Shown: positions 12,500 through 24,557, numbered from the stretch's first letter. The stretch is DNA of 64,000 nt from Squalus acanthias (GCA_030390025.1 CM059443.1:38750001-38814000); one strand, 5' to 3'. Notes: a model not told the origin generated them from the letters alone. Made by a program: numbers and translations.

Positions 12500-13462
12500 A
12501 GTGAATACTGTATTCGCTGCTCAAGATGTGGACTCCTCTACATTGGGGAGACCGGACGCAGATTGGGTGACCGCTTTGCTGAACGCCTCCGTTCAGTCCG
12601 TAAGGGTGACCCCGAGCTTCCGGTCGCCTGTCACTTTAATTCTCCGCTCCGCTCCCACTCTGACAGGAGGAGGCCATTCGGCCCATCGTGCCTGTGCCGG
12701 CCTTTTGAAAGAGTCCTCTTTCCCTGCAAATCTTTTCCTTTTCAAGTGTATATCCAATTCCCTTTTGAAGGATTCGCTTGCGGGAGACACTAGCGCACTT
12801 CCAGCGCGCAATGAGGGCACACCGCACGCCATATTGGACCCTTCGGCACTCCTTAGACGGGGCGGAATCCGCATTGCGATTCTGGGAGGAGCTCTGCAGC
12901 CACTGGGAGAAGGCGATTCTCCGCTCCACGCCCACTCAGACCTCACCGTCCTCGGCTTCTTACACTGTTCCACGGAAGCTCAGAGTAAGCTCGAGGAACA
13001 GCACCTCATCTTTCGATTAGACACTTTGCAGACTTCTGGACTCAACATAGAGTTCAACAATTTCAGTCCATAACCTCGGCCCCTATTTTTTCAGGTGGCA
13101 GCTGTCGATCATTCTGCCATTCCTATTTACACCTCTTCTAGACTCATCTTTTGTTTCTTAACTTGTCCCATTACCATCTCCTTTTGCCTTGCACCATCAT
13201 CCCTTTTGTCTTTTAATCTCTCCTGCCTTCCATCCTATCACAGACCTTCCCTTTTGTTCTTTCCTTCCCTCCTCCCTCTCCCTGCCCCTACCATTGCTTA
13301 AAAACCTGTTACATCTCCAACTTTTTCCAGTTCTGACGAAGGGTCATCGACCCGAAACGTTAACTCTGTTTCTCTCTCCACAGATGCTGCCTGACCTGCT
13401 GAGTATTTCCAGCATTTTCTGTTTTTATTTCAGATTTCCAGCATCCACAGTATTTTGCTTTT
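12500..13462 (+). mobile_element. Penelope-like element 3' part (GIY-YIG endonuclease plus terminal repeat), interrupted at 12665-12915
   Basis: YCIRCSRCGLLYIGETGRRLGDRFAE...PVACHFNS...EEQHLIFRL..GLNIEF. Terminal repeat contains a hammerhead motif. Confidence 0.88.
13329..13365 (+). ncRNA. Minimal type I hammerhead ribozyme (Penelope-associated)
   Basis: AGTT-CTGACGA-A-GGGTC-atc-GACCC-GAAA-CGT-T-AACT: intact core, 5-bp stem II, palindromic ACGT stem III, 4-bp stem I. Confidence 0.75.
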
Positions 13463-13477
13463 CTGTTTGTGTGAGTG

Positions 13478-13868
13478 AGGAGTGGATGGGGAGTGGATGG
13501 GGAGTGGATGGGGAGTGGATGGGGAGTGGATGGGGGGTGAATGGGGGGTGGATGGGGAGTGAATGGGGAGTGGATGGGGAGTGGATGGGGGGTGGATGGG
13601 GAGTGGATGGGGAGTGAATGGGGAGTGGATGGGGAGTGGATGGGGGGTGGATGGGGAGTGGATGGGGGGTGGATGGGGAGTGATAGGGGAGTGAATGGAG
13701 AGTGAATGGGGAGTGAATGGGGGTGGATGGGGGGTGGATGGGGGGTGGATGGGGAGTGAATGGGGGGTGGATGGGGAGTGAATGGGGAGTGAATGGGGGG
13801 TGGATGGGGAGTGAATGGGGAGTAAATGGGGAGTGAATGGGGGTGGATGGGGAGTGGATGCGGAGTGA
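13478..13868. repeat. G-rich 10-11-bp minisatellite (GGGGAGTG[G/A]AT); related short array at 15752-15840
   Basis: Directly visible. Confidence 0.95.
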
Positions 13869-14187
13869 TTAAGCATGGGATGTGAAGTGAGGAACTGAGT
13901 GAGGACAGACTGACTGAATCTACATAAAATGGGTTTTCTCTCTCCCAGTGACTCAAAGTGATCGGCTCCTGGAACCCTAACCTCAAACTCACAGTTTCCC
14001 GTCTGTAACTTTGTGTATTTCATAATCTGAGGAAACTAAACCACATGAAACGCTAAAAGCAGAAGTGACGCGGTGAGTGACTCCATCACAGAGACAAGGA
14101 GTTGCGGCCGTTCTCCGGTCTGCGCGATGTTTGCTAACCTGATTCGGCCAGCATTTGGGAGTCAGTTGGTCTCAACAGTACTCAGTT

Positions 14188-15660
14188 CATAGAAACATAG
14201 AAAAATAGGAGCAGGAGTAGGCCATTCGGCCCTTCGAGCCTGCTCCGCCATTCAATATGATCATGGCTGATCCTCTATCTCAATACCATATTCCCTGCTC
14301 TCTCCCCATACCCCTTGATGCCTTTTGTGTCTAGAAATCTATTTATCTCCTTAAATATATTCAGTGACTTGGCCTCCACAGCCTTCTGTGGTAGAGAATT
14401 CCACAGGTTCACCACCCTCTGAGTGAAGAAATTTCTCCTCATCTCAGTCCTAAATGTCCTACCCCGTATCCTGAGACTGTGACCCCTCGTTCTAGACCCC
14501 CCCCCCAGCCAGGGGAATCATCCTCCCTGCATCCAGTCTGTCTAGCCCTGTCAGAATTTTATACGTTTCAATGAGATCCCCTCTCATTCTTCTAAACTCT
14601 AGTGAATACAGGCCTAGTCGACCCAATCTCTCCTCATACGACAGTCCTGCCATCCCAGGAATCAGTCTGGTGAACCTTCGCTGCACTCCCTCTATGGCAA
14701 GTATATCCTTTCTTAGGTAAGGAGACCAAAACTGCACACAGTACTCCAGGTGTGGTCTCACCAAGGCCCTGTATAACTGTAGTAAGACATCCTTGCTCCT
14801 GTACTCAAATCCTCTTGCAATGAAGGCCAACATACCATTTCCCTTCCTAACTGCTTGCTGCACCTGCATGTTTGCTTTCAGTGACTGGTGTACAAGGACA
14901 CCCAGGTCCCTTTGTACATCAACATTTCCCAATCTATCACCATTTAAATAATACTCTGCCTTTCTGTTTTTCCTACCGAAGTGGATAACTTCACATTTAT
15001 CCACGTTATACTGCATCTGCCATGTATTTGCCCACTCACTCAACTTGTCTAAATCGCCTTGAAGCCTCTTTGCATCCTCCTCACAACTCACAATCCCACC
15101 TAATTTCGTGTCGTCAGCAAACTTGGAAATATTACATTTGGTTCCCTCATCCAAATCATTGATATATATTGTGAATAGCTGGGGCCCAAGCACTGATCCC
15201 TGCGGTACCCCACTAGTCACCGCCTGCCACCTCGAAAAAGACCCATTTATTCCTACTCTCTGTTTCCTGTCTTTTAACCAATTTTCAATCCATGCCAGTA
15301 TATTACCCCCAATCCCATGTGCTTTAATTTTGCACACTAACCTCTTAAAAGAGGAATTTATCAAAGGCCTTCTGAAAATCCAAATACACCACATCCTCTG
15401 GTTCTCCCTTATCTATTCTACCAGTTACATCCTCAAAAAACTCCAGTAGGTTTGTCAAACACGATTTCCCTTTCATAAATCCATGCTGACTTTGTCTAAT
15501 CCCGTTGATATTTTCGAAGTGTCCTGTTATCACATCCTTTATAATAGACTCTAACATTTTCCCAACTACTGATGTTAGGCTAACCGGTCTGCAGTTCCCT
15601 ATTTTCTCTCTCCCTCCTTTTTTAAATAGTGGGGTTACATTTGCTACCTTCCAATCTGCA
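14188..15660 (-). mobile_element. CR1 LINE, 5'-truncated (about 1.5 kb)
   Basis: QHGFMKGKSCLTNL, DFQKAFDK, SGVPQGSVLGPQLFTIYIND, KFADDTKL, RPHLEYCVQFWSP. 3' (TTCTATGT)n-type tail. Confidence 0.95.
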
Positions 15661-15921
15661 GGAGAGGAGTAAATCGACCAGGAGGGTCACACTCCTGATC
15701 ACTGTCCCGATGCCCCTGCTGGGAAATGTATGTGTGGAATGAGAGAGGCGTGACTGGGGAGTGACTGGGGAGTGACTGGGGAGTGAATGGGGAGTGATTG
15801 GGGAGTGACTGCGGAGTGAATGGGGAGTGAATGGGGAGTTTGCTCCCTGGTCCCTGATCGCTGATTCCCCCGTGGCTGCAGGGCTCCTCACCCAGAGTCA
15901 CTCTGTCCAATTCTTCACTTC

Positions 15922-16420
15922 AACAACAACAACTTGCCTTTATATAGCGCCTTTAACGTAGTAAAATGTCCCAAGGTGCTTCACAGGAGAGATTATCAGG
16001 CAAAATATTGACACCGAGCCACATAAGGAGATATTAGGGCAGGTGACCAAAAGCTTGGTCAAAGAGGTAGGTTTTAAGGAGCGTCTTGAAGGAGGAAAGA
16101 GGGGTAGCGAGGCGGAGAGGCGGAGAGGTTTAGGGAGGAAATTCCAGAGCTCGGGGCCCCAGGCAGCTGAAGGCACGGCCCCCCAACGGTGGAGCGATTA
16201 AAATCGGGGATGCTCAAGATGCCAGAATTGGAAGAGGGCAGAGATCTCGGGGGGTTGTAGGGCTCGAGGAGGTTACAGAGATAGGGAGGGGCGAGGCCAT
16301 GGAGGGATTTGAAAACAAGGATGAGAATTTTAAAATCGAGGCGTTGCCGGACCGGGAGCCAATGTGGGTCAGTGAGCACAGGGGTTGATGGGTGAACGGG
16401 ACTCGGTGCGAGTTAGGACG
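15922..16420 (-). mobile_element. L2 LINE 3' end
   Basis: HWLPVRQRLDFKILILVFKSLHGLAPPYL; tail aaaggcgctatataaa...(GTT)n. Confidence 0.9.
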
Positions 16421-16739
16421 AGGTGTTATGTACAGCAAAGTCCACGGTTGACTAGGTTAGGAGATCGGTTGAGGTACATCAAGGGGTTAGTAGTTAGCAG
16501 ACATGAAGACAGGGTTTTATAAGCCTGTGGACCGTAGGAAGGGGGAGACTGAGAGACAGTTTTAAACATCCTGAGGAAGAATGGGTAAGAGACAATGCAA
16601 TAAATCTCGATTTCAACACAGTGCGTGGGGGGGGGGGGGGGGGGGGAGAGTGTGGAGGACAAGGGATTTGGAAAGTTCAGAGGAGAATGGACTAGGGTAC
16701 AATCGGTTACATAGAGAAAAGGAAAAAAAACAGAAGGAA

Positions 16740-18025
16740 AAAATGAATTGCATTTCTCCAGCGCCTTTCACGACCTCAGGACGTCCCAAAGCGCTTTACA
16801 GCCAATGAAGAACCTTTTTGAAGTGTAGTCACTGTTGTAATGTAGGAAACGTGGCAGCCAATTTGCGCACAGCAAGCTCCCACAAACAGCAATGAGATAA
16901 TGATCAGATAATCTGTTTTTTAGTGATGTTGGTTGAGGGATGAATATCGGCCAGGACACCGGGGAGAACTCCCCTGCTCTTCTTTGAAATAGTGCCGTGG
17001 GATCTTTTACGTCCACCTGAGAGAGCAGACGGGGCCTCGGTTTAACGTCTCATCCGAAAGACGGCACCTCCGACACTGCAGCGCTCCCTCAGTACTGCCC
17101 CTCCGGCTGTGCGGCGCCCCCTCAGTACTGCCCCTCCGACAGTGCGGCGCTCACTCAGTACTGACCCTCCGACAGTGCTGCGCTCTATCAGTACTGACCC
17201 TCCGACAGTGCACCGCTCCCTCAGTACTGCCCCTCTGACAGTGCGGCCCTCCCTCAGTACTGCCCCTCCGACAGTGCAGAACTCCCTCAGTACTGCCCCT
17301 CCGACAGTGCAGCGCTCCCTCAGTACTGCCCCTCCGACAGTGCGCTGCTCCCTCAGTACTGCCCCTCCGACAGTGCGGCGCTCTCTCAGTACTGACCCTC
17401 CGACAGTGCTGCGCTCCCTCAGTACCGCCCCTCCGACAGTGCGGCGCTCCCTCAGTACTGCCCCTCCGACAGTGCAGCACTCCCTCAGTACTGCCCCTCT
17501 GACAGTGCGGCCCTCCCTCAGTACTGACCCTCCGACTGTGCAGAACTCCCTTAGTACTACCCCTCCGACAGTGCTGCGCTCCCTCAGTACTGATCCTCTG
17601 ACAGTGCGGCGCTCTCTCAGTACTGACCCTCCGACAGTGCTGCGCTCCCTCAGTACTGCCCCTCCGACAGTGCGGCGCTCTCTCAGTACTGCCCCTCCGA
17701 CAGTGCTGCACTCCCTCAGTACTGCCCGTCCAACAGTGCGGCGCTCCCTCAGTACTGCCCCTCCGACAGTGCGGCGCTCTCTCAGTACTGCCCCTCTGAC
17801 AGTGCGGCGCTCCCTCAGTACTGCCCCTCCGACAGTGCTGTGCTCCCTCAGTACTGCCCCTCTGACAGTGCGGCGCTCCCTCAGTACTGCCCCTCCGACA
17901 GTGCAGCGCTCCCTCAGTACTGCCCCTCCGACAGTGCGGCGCTCTCTCAGTACTGCCCCTCCGACAGTGCGGCGCTCCCTCAGTACTGCTCCGAGAGTGT
18001 CAGCCTGGATTATGGGCTCAAGTCC
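16740..18025 (-). mobile_element. tRNA-derived Deu-domain SINE (SacSINE1-like) with an internal 33-bp minisatellite expansion (about 17070-17990)
   Basis: SINE body ggtgccgtctttcggatgagacgttaaacc...; about 28 copies of CAGTACTGAGGGAGCGCCGCACTGTCGGAGGGG. Confidence 0.9.
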
Positions 18026-18184
18026 TGTAGATGGAGACAGAGACAGAGAGAGGAGCTGGAAGTTAGACACTTTGTTGAAATTTCACAGGTGTTAATATGG
18101 CCTTATTAGTATACTTTAGTAATTGGATTCGATCCGTTTCCACTCTTGACTTCGCAACTCTCACCTGAGCCTACTACCGTCTGC

Positions 18185-18558
18185 TAGGGGTTGCTGCAAA
18201 TCCTCAGGATCACCCCAGTGCCTCCAGGAATGAAAGATTAATCTCCGGGGACACTGCTGTGAGCAAAAACTCGGGGAGAAAAATCATAGGGGCCATTTAA
18301 AAAAAAAAGTGTTTATTCATTTCCTTTGTTTATTAGTTATAGAAATATTGGAGATGGTGAAATAAAGGCTGTTTGGCCAGTCCAGAATTGTCCAATCCGG
18401 TAACAGCGTCCGCTGTCCAATTGGCCGTGGGAAGGCGGGGCTCTGTGGGGATGGCCGTGTTGGACGACCAATGACGGGGCTGTGGGGGGGGGGGGGGGAG
18501 GTTGGAGGTCATGTGACGAAACCTCCTGGAAACCCTCCAGCCAGAGTTGGGCAGCCCC
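18185..18558. mobile_element. Probable non-autonomous DNA transposon (hAT-like, TAGGGTTGCC-type ends)
   Basis: Degenerate terminal inverted repeats ctaggggttgc ... gttgggcagcccc; no coding capacity. Confidence 0.4.
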
Positions 18559-18789
18559 CTTGTCTGGTACATTGCTGGTGCTCGCCAGGTTGCCAAACCC
18601 TTCCGGATTCCCCCCGGGAGACTCCCGGAATGCACGATCGCTGCTGTCGCTAGCTACCCGGGAGAAAAGTACTCCCGGGCTCCTGGAAAGAGCAGAAAGT
18701 CGATGTTTAGGGGACGGCCCTTCCAGATTTCTGAGGAGCGTTTCCAGCATTTTCTGCTTTTTGGCATTTATATAGGTCCTTTAACGGAG

Positions 18790-19043
18790 TAAAATGACCC
18801 AAGGCACTTCGCAGGAGCGTTATCAAACTCTGGGCCACACAAGCAGATGTCAGGCCAGGTGACCAAAAGCTTGGTCAAAGAGGTAGGTTTTAAGGAGCGA
18901 CTTAAAGGAGGAGAGAGAGGCGGAGAGGTTTAGGGAGGGAATTCCAGAGCTTAGGGCCCAGGCAGCTGAAGGCACGGCCGCCAATGGTGGAGCGACGGAA
19001 ATCGGGGATGCGCAAGAGGCCAGAATCAGAGGAACACAGAGAT
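18790..19043 (-). mobile_element. L2 LINE 3' fragment
   Basis: SFKSLLKTYLFDQAFG; same family as 15922-16420. Confidence 0.8.
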
Positions 19044-19561
19044 CTTGCCATGGAAGGAGTTCAGCAAAGATTGACAAGGCTGATACCTGGGACGGCAGGA
19101 ATGACAATTGAGGAGAGATTGGGTCGATTGGGCTTATACTCGCTGGAGTTTAGAAGAATGAGAGGGGATCTCATCGAAACTTATAAAATTCTGACAGGTC
19201 TGGTCAAACTAGATGCAGGAAGAATGTTCCCGATGGTCGGAGAGTCCAGAACCAGGGGTCATAATCTAAGGATAAGGGGTAAGCCATTTAGGACAGAAAT
19301 GAGGAAGAATTTCTTCACCCAGAGAGTGGTGAACCTGTGGAATTCTCTACCACAGAAGGTAGTTGAGGCCAAGTCATTAAAAATATTCAAGAATGAGTTA
19401 GATATATTTCTTAAAGATAAAGGTATCAAGGGATATGGGGAGAAGGCAGGTATAGGGTACTGAGTTTGGATGATCAGCCATGATCTCATCGAATGGCGGA
19501 GCAGGCTCGAGGGGCCAAATGGCCTACTCCTGCTCCTATCTTCTATGTTTCTATGTTTCTA
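19044..19561 (+). mobile_element. CR1 LINE 3' end
   Basis: EGVQQRLTRLIPG...RRMRGDLIETYKIL...TRGHNL...FFTQRVVNLWNSLP; tail ttctatgtttctatgtttctat. Confidence 0.92.
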
Positions 19562-19712
19562 TCTCGGGGGGTTGTATTGGGTAACGTATTAAACACTCCC
19601 CCAGTCAATGCGGGTAACGTATTAAATGTTCCCCGGTTACTGCAGGGTAACGTATTAAATGTTCTTCCAGTTGCTATATGGTGTTTGATTGATGAATTCT
19701 TTCTCTTCACAG

Positions 19713-19894
19713 TTACAGTGAAGACTGAACATGAGGCTGTCACTCTGGGCCTTTCTGTCTCTCTGGCAAGTTTGTTGGTGTTTGGAGTTTTGATTTACCT
19801 ACTCCGCAAGGCTTTGACAAAGGGGAAACCTTCTACTACCGTGAGCAACGCCACCAAAACCCCGCCCAGCCTGCCCAGGCAGTCAAGTCCTTAG
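19713..19894 (+). CDS. VCAM-1-like gene, terminal exon: transmembrane helix plus short cytoplasmic tail
   Basis: Phase-1 acceptor ttctttctcttcacag|. Encodes AVTLGLSVSLASLLVFGVLIYLL (TM) then RKALTKG, compared with VCAM-1 IIYFARKANMKG. TAG at 19892-19894. Confidence 0.8.
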
Positions 19895-20107
19895 AGAACC
19901 CTTTGTGCGGTCGGCCTCAGGACCCCGGACAGTGGGGGTGGGGCAGGAGATCAATGTGAGCTGTTGCAGATGAGCCAGCTTAATCACTAAACGCTGAAAG
20001 CAATCAGCCGAACTGCTGTAATATCACAGCCGAAACTCGGCAATTTATAAACTACTTTCAGAGGACAACTGTGCTGTAAAATCTCTAAATTAAGGAGCGG
20101 CACTATT

Positions 20108-20560
20108 TCGCTGACCTACATTGACTCCCGGTCCGGCAACGCCTCGATTAAAAAATTCTTACCCTCGTTTTCAAATCCCTCCATGGCTTCACACCCCGCC
20201 CCCCCACCTCCCTATCTCTGTGACCTCCTCCAGCCCCACAATCCCTCCCAGATCTCTGCGCTCCTCTAATTCTGGCCTCTTGCCCATCCCCGATTTCCAT
20301 CGCTCCACCATTGGCGGCCGTGCCTTCAGCTGCCTGGGCCCCAAGCTCTGGAATTCCCTCCCTAAACCTCTCCGCCCCTCTCTCTTCATTCAAGACGTTC
20401 CTTAAAACCTATCTCTTTGACCAAGGTTTTGGTCACCTGCCCTAATATCTCCTTATGTGGCTCGGTGTCAAATTTTGTTTGATAATCGCTCCTGTGAAGC
20501 ATCTTGGGACGTTTTACTACGTTAAAGGCGCTATATAAATACAAGTTGTTGTTGTTGTTG
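20108..20560 (+). mobile_element. L2 LINE 3' end (in or near the 3'UTR of the VCAM-like gene)
   Basis: RSLRSSNSGLLPIPDFHRSTIGGRAFSCLGPKLWNSLP; (GTT)n tail. Confidence 0.9.
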
Positions 20561-20889
20561 AAATATTGTTTTTATTTCAAGATCTGGATGCAGCATCACA
20601 TGTTATTAAAAAATTTTAATTAAATTTGTCTTTGTCAATTCTATGCTCGTGAGAAAATCGATCCTCTCTGAACCTTCCTCTTTGGTCCTCTGAAGAGGAA
20701 AAACTTGCATTTCTACAGCGTCTTTCATGACCTCACAACACCCCAAAGCTCTTTAGAGCCAATGAAGAACTTTTTAAAGTGTAGTCTCTGTTGTAATGTA
20801 GGAAACGCGGCAGCCAACTTGCGCACAGCAAGCTCCCACAAACAGCAATGTGATAATGACCAGATAATCTGTTTTAGTGATTTTTTTTT

Positions 20890-22878
20890 GAGGAGATAAC
20901 AAGGAGGGTCGATGAGGGTAGTGCATTTGATGTAGTCTACATGGATTTTAGCAAGGCTTTTGATAAGGTCCCACATGGCAGACTGGTCACGAAAGTAAAA
21001 GCCCATGGGATCCAGGGCAAAGTGGCAAGTTGGATCCAAAATTGGCTCAGAGACAGGAAGCAGAGGGTAATGGTTGATGGGTGTTTTTGTGACTGGAAGG
21101 CTGTTTCCAGTGGGGTTCCGCAGGGCTCAGTACTGGGTCCTTTGCTTTTTGTGGTATATATCAATGATTTGGACTTGAATATAGGGGGTATGATTAAGAA
21201 GTTTGCAGATGATACTAAAATTGGCCGTGTGGTTGATAATGAAGAAGAAGCTGTAGACTGCAGGAAGATATCAATGGACTGGTCAGGTGGGCAGAACAGT
21301 GGCAAATGGAATTCAATCCGAATAAGTGTGAGGTGATACATTTGGGGAGGGCTAACAAGGCAAGGGAATACACAATAAATGGTAGGACACTGAGAAGTGT
21401 AGAGGATCAGAGGGACCTTGGAGTGCATGTCCACAGATCCCTGAAGGTAGCAGGACAGGTAAATAAGGTGGTTAAGAAGGCATACGGGATACTTGCATTT
21501 ATTGGCCCAGAAATTAAAGACGGAGCCTTCCTGCGGGGGTAAGGCTTCCCCGCGATATCTCACTGCGCGCCTGCCTTTTCCTTCCGAGCTCACACGAACT
21601 TTAGTTTCAAGGCTGCAGCTGTGCAGTGTGTGCGTATCCCACAGACGCAGTTAATTCGTGCGAGCTGTGGGATCACATGATTCAGTTAGAGCCAATGGCA
21701 GCACACCATCTTTCATTCATAGTTTTGACAGCAAGGGCTGTCAAAGCTATGAATCTATACCCCCCCCCCCACAAAAGAATAGCTATACCTCAATTAAATT
21801 TTAAAAAAAAACCATCACATTCATAAAATAAGTATAGTTAAATAAATTAACCACTTTAAACAAAAAATTAAATTTTTGAAAAAATTTAAAATCTTTTTAA
21901 AAGTTATAAAAATAAACTTACATTTCTTTAAAGTCTCTAAAAAAGATAAACCTGTTGAAAAAAATTTAAAATAATACTTAATTAACTACTTACCTTGTTA
22001 AAAGAGGGTCTTACGCCTCCTTTCTTTATGTGCAAAATCTTCCATGCTTACCTGCGCGTTCAAAGCACTAAGTGCACTGCGTGCGCGCAGCCTGTAGTGC
22101 GCACGCGGTTCACTTAGGAACCGCCCCCTTTTGAATTCACCAAGTGCCGGTTTTCAGCGCATGCGCAGTGCATGCAGAAAACCGGCAATTGGAGACAGAA
22201 TACGCGAGAGTACACAGTGCGTACTCTCGCGTACTAAGACTAATTTTTGGGCCATTAACCGAGGCATAGAATAGAAGAGCAGGGAGGTTATGCTTCAACT
22301 GTATAAAACACTAGTTAGGCTGCAGCTAGAATACTGCGTACATTTCTGGTCACCACATTACAGGAAGGATGTGATTGCACGAGAGAGGGTACAGAGGAGA
22401 TTTACGAGGATGTTGCCTGGGCTGGGGAATTTTAGCTTTGAGGAAAGATTGGATAGGCTGGGGTTTGTTTTCTTTGGAACAGAGGAGGCTGAGGGGAGAC
22501 CTTATTGAGCTGTATAAAGTTATGAGGGGCCTAGATAGAGTGGATAGGAAGGACCTATTTCCCTTAGCAGAGGGGTCAATAACCGGGGGCATAGATTTAA
22601 AGTAATTGGTCGGAGGTTTAGAGGGGATTTGAGGGGAAATTTCTTCACCCAGAGGGTGGTGGGGGTCTGGAACTCACTGCCTGAAAGGGTGGGAGAGGCA
22701 GAAACCCTCATCACATTTAAAAAGTACTTGGATATGCACTTGAAGTGCCGTAACCTACAGGGCTACGGACCAAGAGCTGGAAAGTGGGATTAGGTTGGAT
22801 AGCTCTTTGTCGGCCGGTGCAGGCAAGATGGGCCGAAATGGCCTCCTTCCATGCTGTAAATTTCTATGATTCTATTCT
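20890..22878 (+). mobile_element. CR1 LINE, 5'-truncated, interrupted by a MITE
   Basis: MDFSKAFDKVPHGRL...SGVPQGSVLGPLLF...KFADDTK; resumes at 22257 (LEYCVHFWSPHY); ttctatgattctat tail. Confidence 0.93.
21504..22253. mobile_element. Non-autonomous DNA transposon (PIF/Harbinger-like MITE), 750 bp
   Basis: TIRs GGCCCAGAAATT / AATTTTTGGGCC; 3-bp TSD ATT (21501-21503, 22254-22256); cleanly splits the CR1. Confidence 0.82.
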
Positions 22879-22929
22879 ATGGTTGAGGGATAAATATTGA
22901 GCAGGACAGCAGTTTCCTTGATGGACGTG

Positions 22930-23395
22930 TCAGCCGGGGCTCAGTGGGTAGCACTCTCTCTCTCTCTCTCTCTCGCCTCTGAGTCAGAAGGTTGTGGGTT
23001 CGAGCCCCACTCCAGAGACTTAAGCCCCTAATCCAGGCTGACCCTCCCAGTGCAGTGCTGAGGGAGAGCCGCACTGTCAGAGGGGCCGTCTTTCGGATCA
23101 GACGTTAAATCAAGGCCCCGTCTGCCCTCTCAGGTGGATGTTAAAGATCCCACGGCACTATTTCGAAGAAAAACAGGCGAGTTCTCCCTGGTGTCCTGGG
23201 GCCAATATATATCCCTCAACCAAAATACTGAAAACAGATTATGCTGTTTGTGGGAGCTTGCTGTGCACAAATTGGCTGCCACGTTTCCTACATTACAACA
23301 GTGACTGCACTTCAAAAAGTACTTCATTGGCTTTAAAGCGCTTTGGGATGTCCGGTGGTTGTGAAAGGCGCTATAGAAATGCAAGTCTTTCTTTT
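22930..23395 (+). mobile_element. Full-length tRNA-derived Deu-SINE (SacSINE1-like)
   Basis: Pol III A box (ggctcagtggg) and B box (ggttcgagccc), central Deu-like domain, L2-like tail aaaggcgctatagaaatgcaagt. Confidence 0.9.
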
Positions 23396-24009
23396 CTATT
23401 TTTGAATAGCTTGTCCGCTCCTGGAGTCACAACGGGGCAGTCGCACTCCATGGGAGCACCACTTGGAAATCGAGCAGGGTCCAACACCTTGGCGCCCATT
23501 CTCAAACCCGTGCCACGTGGTGAATGCGGGATTGACTGGCCCCTTGTCTCGATAGACCACTGAGATGAGGGCAGCTCCCTCGGACACCAAGCTGCACTCG
23601 GCATTTACAACACTTCATCTCGGGGGAGCAATCCAGTTCAAACCAGCCAACAGGGCAGACGGCAGCAAGGAGTTCCCAGAAAACAGAACCTTGAATGAAA
23701 TAAACACAGATTCCCTTACAGTGCTGAGTTAGAACCGCAATCAAAATAATCTCTGCTGGGTGCCGTGGCAATCTATAATTAACTACGTCCCCTTACTTGG
23801 AAGCTGAATCTATCCCATTGAACAGTGAGGCGTTGGGTCCATTAAAAACAAATTATAAATATCCCTCCATTACATTCACGCCTGAAACCATCCCAGATAA
23901 TCACCCAGTGTCTTTCTCTGAAAAACTGCTGCTCGATTCTGCGTCAACTCTGTGTCATCGTCAGTGTAAGTAATGGAGCTTACGGGAATCAGAGTGTTCC
24001 GCCCTTCAG

Positions 24010-24557
24010 GCACACTGTGTCCCATCAAACACTCTCGGGGCAGGTACTGTACGGGTTAGATACAGACTAAAGCTCCCTCTACACTGTCCCATCAAACACT
24101 CCCAGGGCAGGTACAGCACGGGTTAGATACAGAGTAAAGCTCCCTCTACACTGTCCCATCAAACACTCCCAGGGCAGGTACAGCACGGGTTAGATACAGA
24201 GTAAAGCTCCCTCTACACTGTCCCATCAAACACTCCCAGGGCAGGTACAGCACGGGTTAGATACAGAGTAAAGCTCCCTCTACACTGTCCCATCAAACAC
24301 TCCCAGGGCAGGTACAGCACGGGTTAGATACAGAGTAAAGCTCCCTCTACACTGTCCCATCAAACACTCCCAGGGCAGGTACAGCACGGGTTAGATACAG
24401 AGTAAAGCTCCCTCTACACTGTCCCATCAAACACTCCCAGGGCAGGTACAGCACGGGTTAGATACAGAGTAAAGCTCCCTCTACACTGTCCCATCAAACA
24501 CTCCCAGGACAGGTACAGCACAGGTTAGATACAGAGTAAAGCTCCCTCTACACTGTC
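24010..24557. repeat. 67-bp satellite (about 8 copies)
   Basis: Monomer CTCCCAGGGCAGGTACAGCACGGGTTAGATACAGAGTAAAGCTCCCTCTACACTGTCCCATCAAACA. About 2 copies also at 37693-37813. Confidence 0.96.

Noticed and set aside
22930-23015. tRNA gene
   Set aside because: The A/B boxes belong to the SINE head; no complete cloverleaf, and the sequence continues into the SINE body.
23502-23689. CPVGWFELDCS..C peptide resembling a laminin-type EGF repeat
   Set aside because: Cys spacing breaks down and the conserved Gly is missing; too weak to call.
24010-24557. Regular repeats that could suggest a CRISPR array (also 58301-62253 and 5834-6175)
   Set aside because: Head-to-tail monomers with no unique spacers, no cas genes, eukaryotic context.
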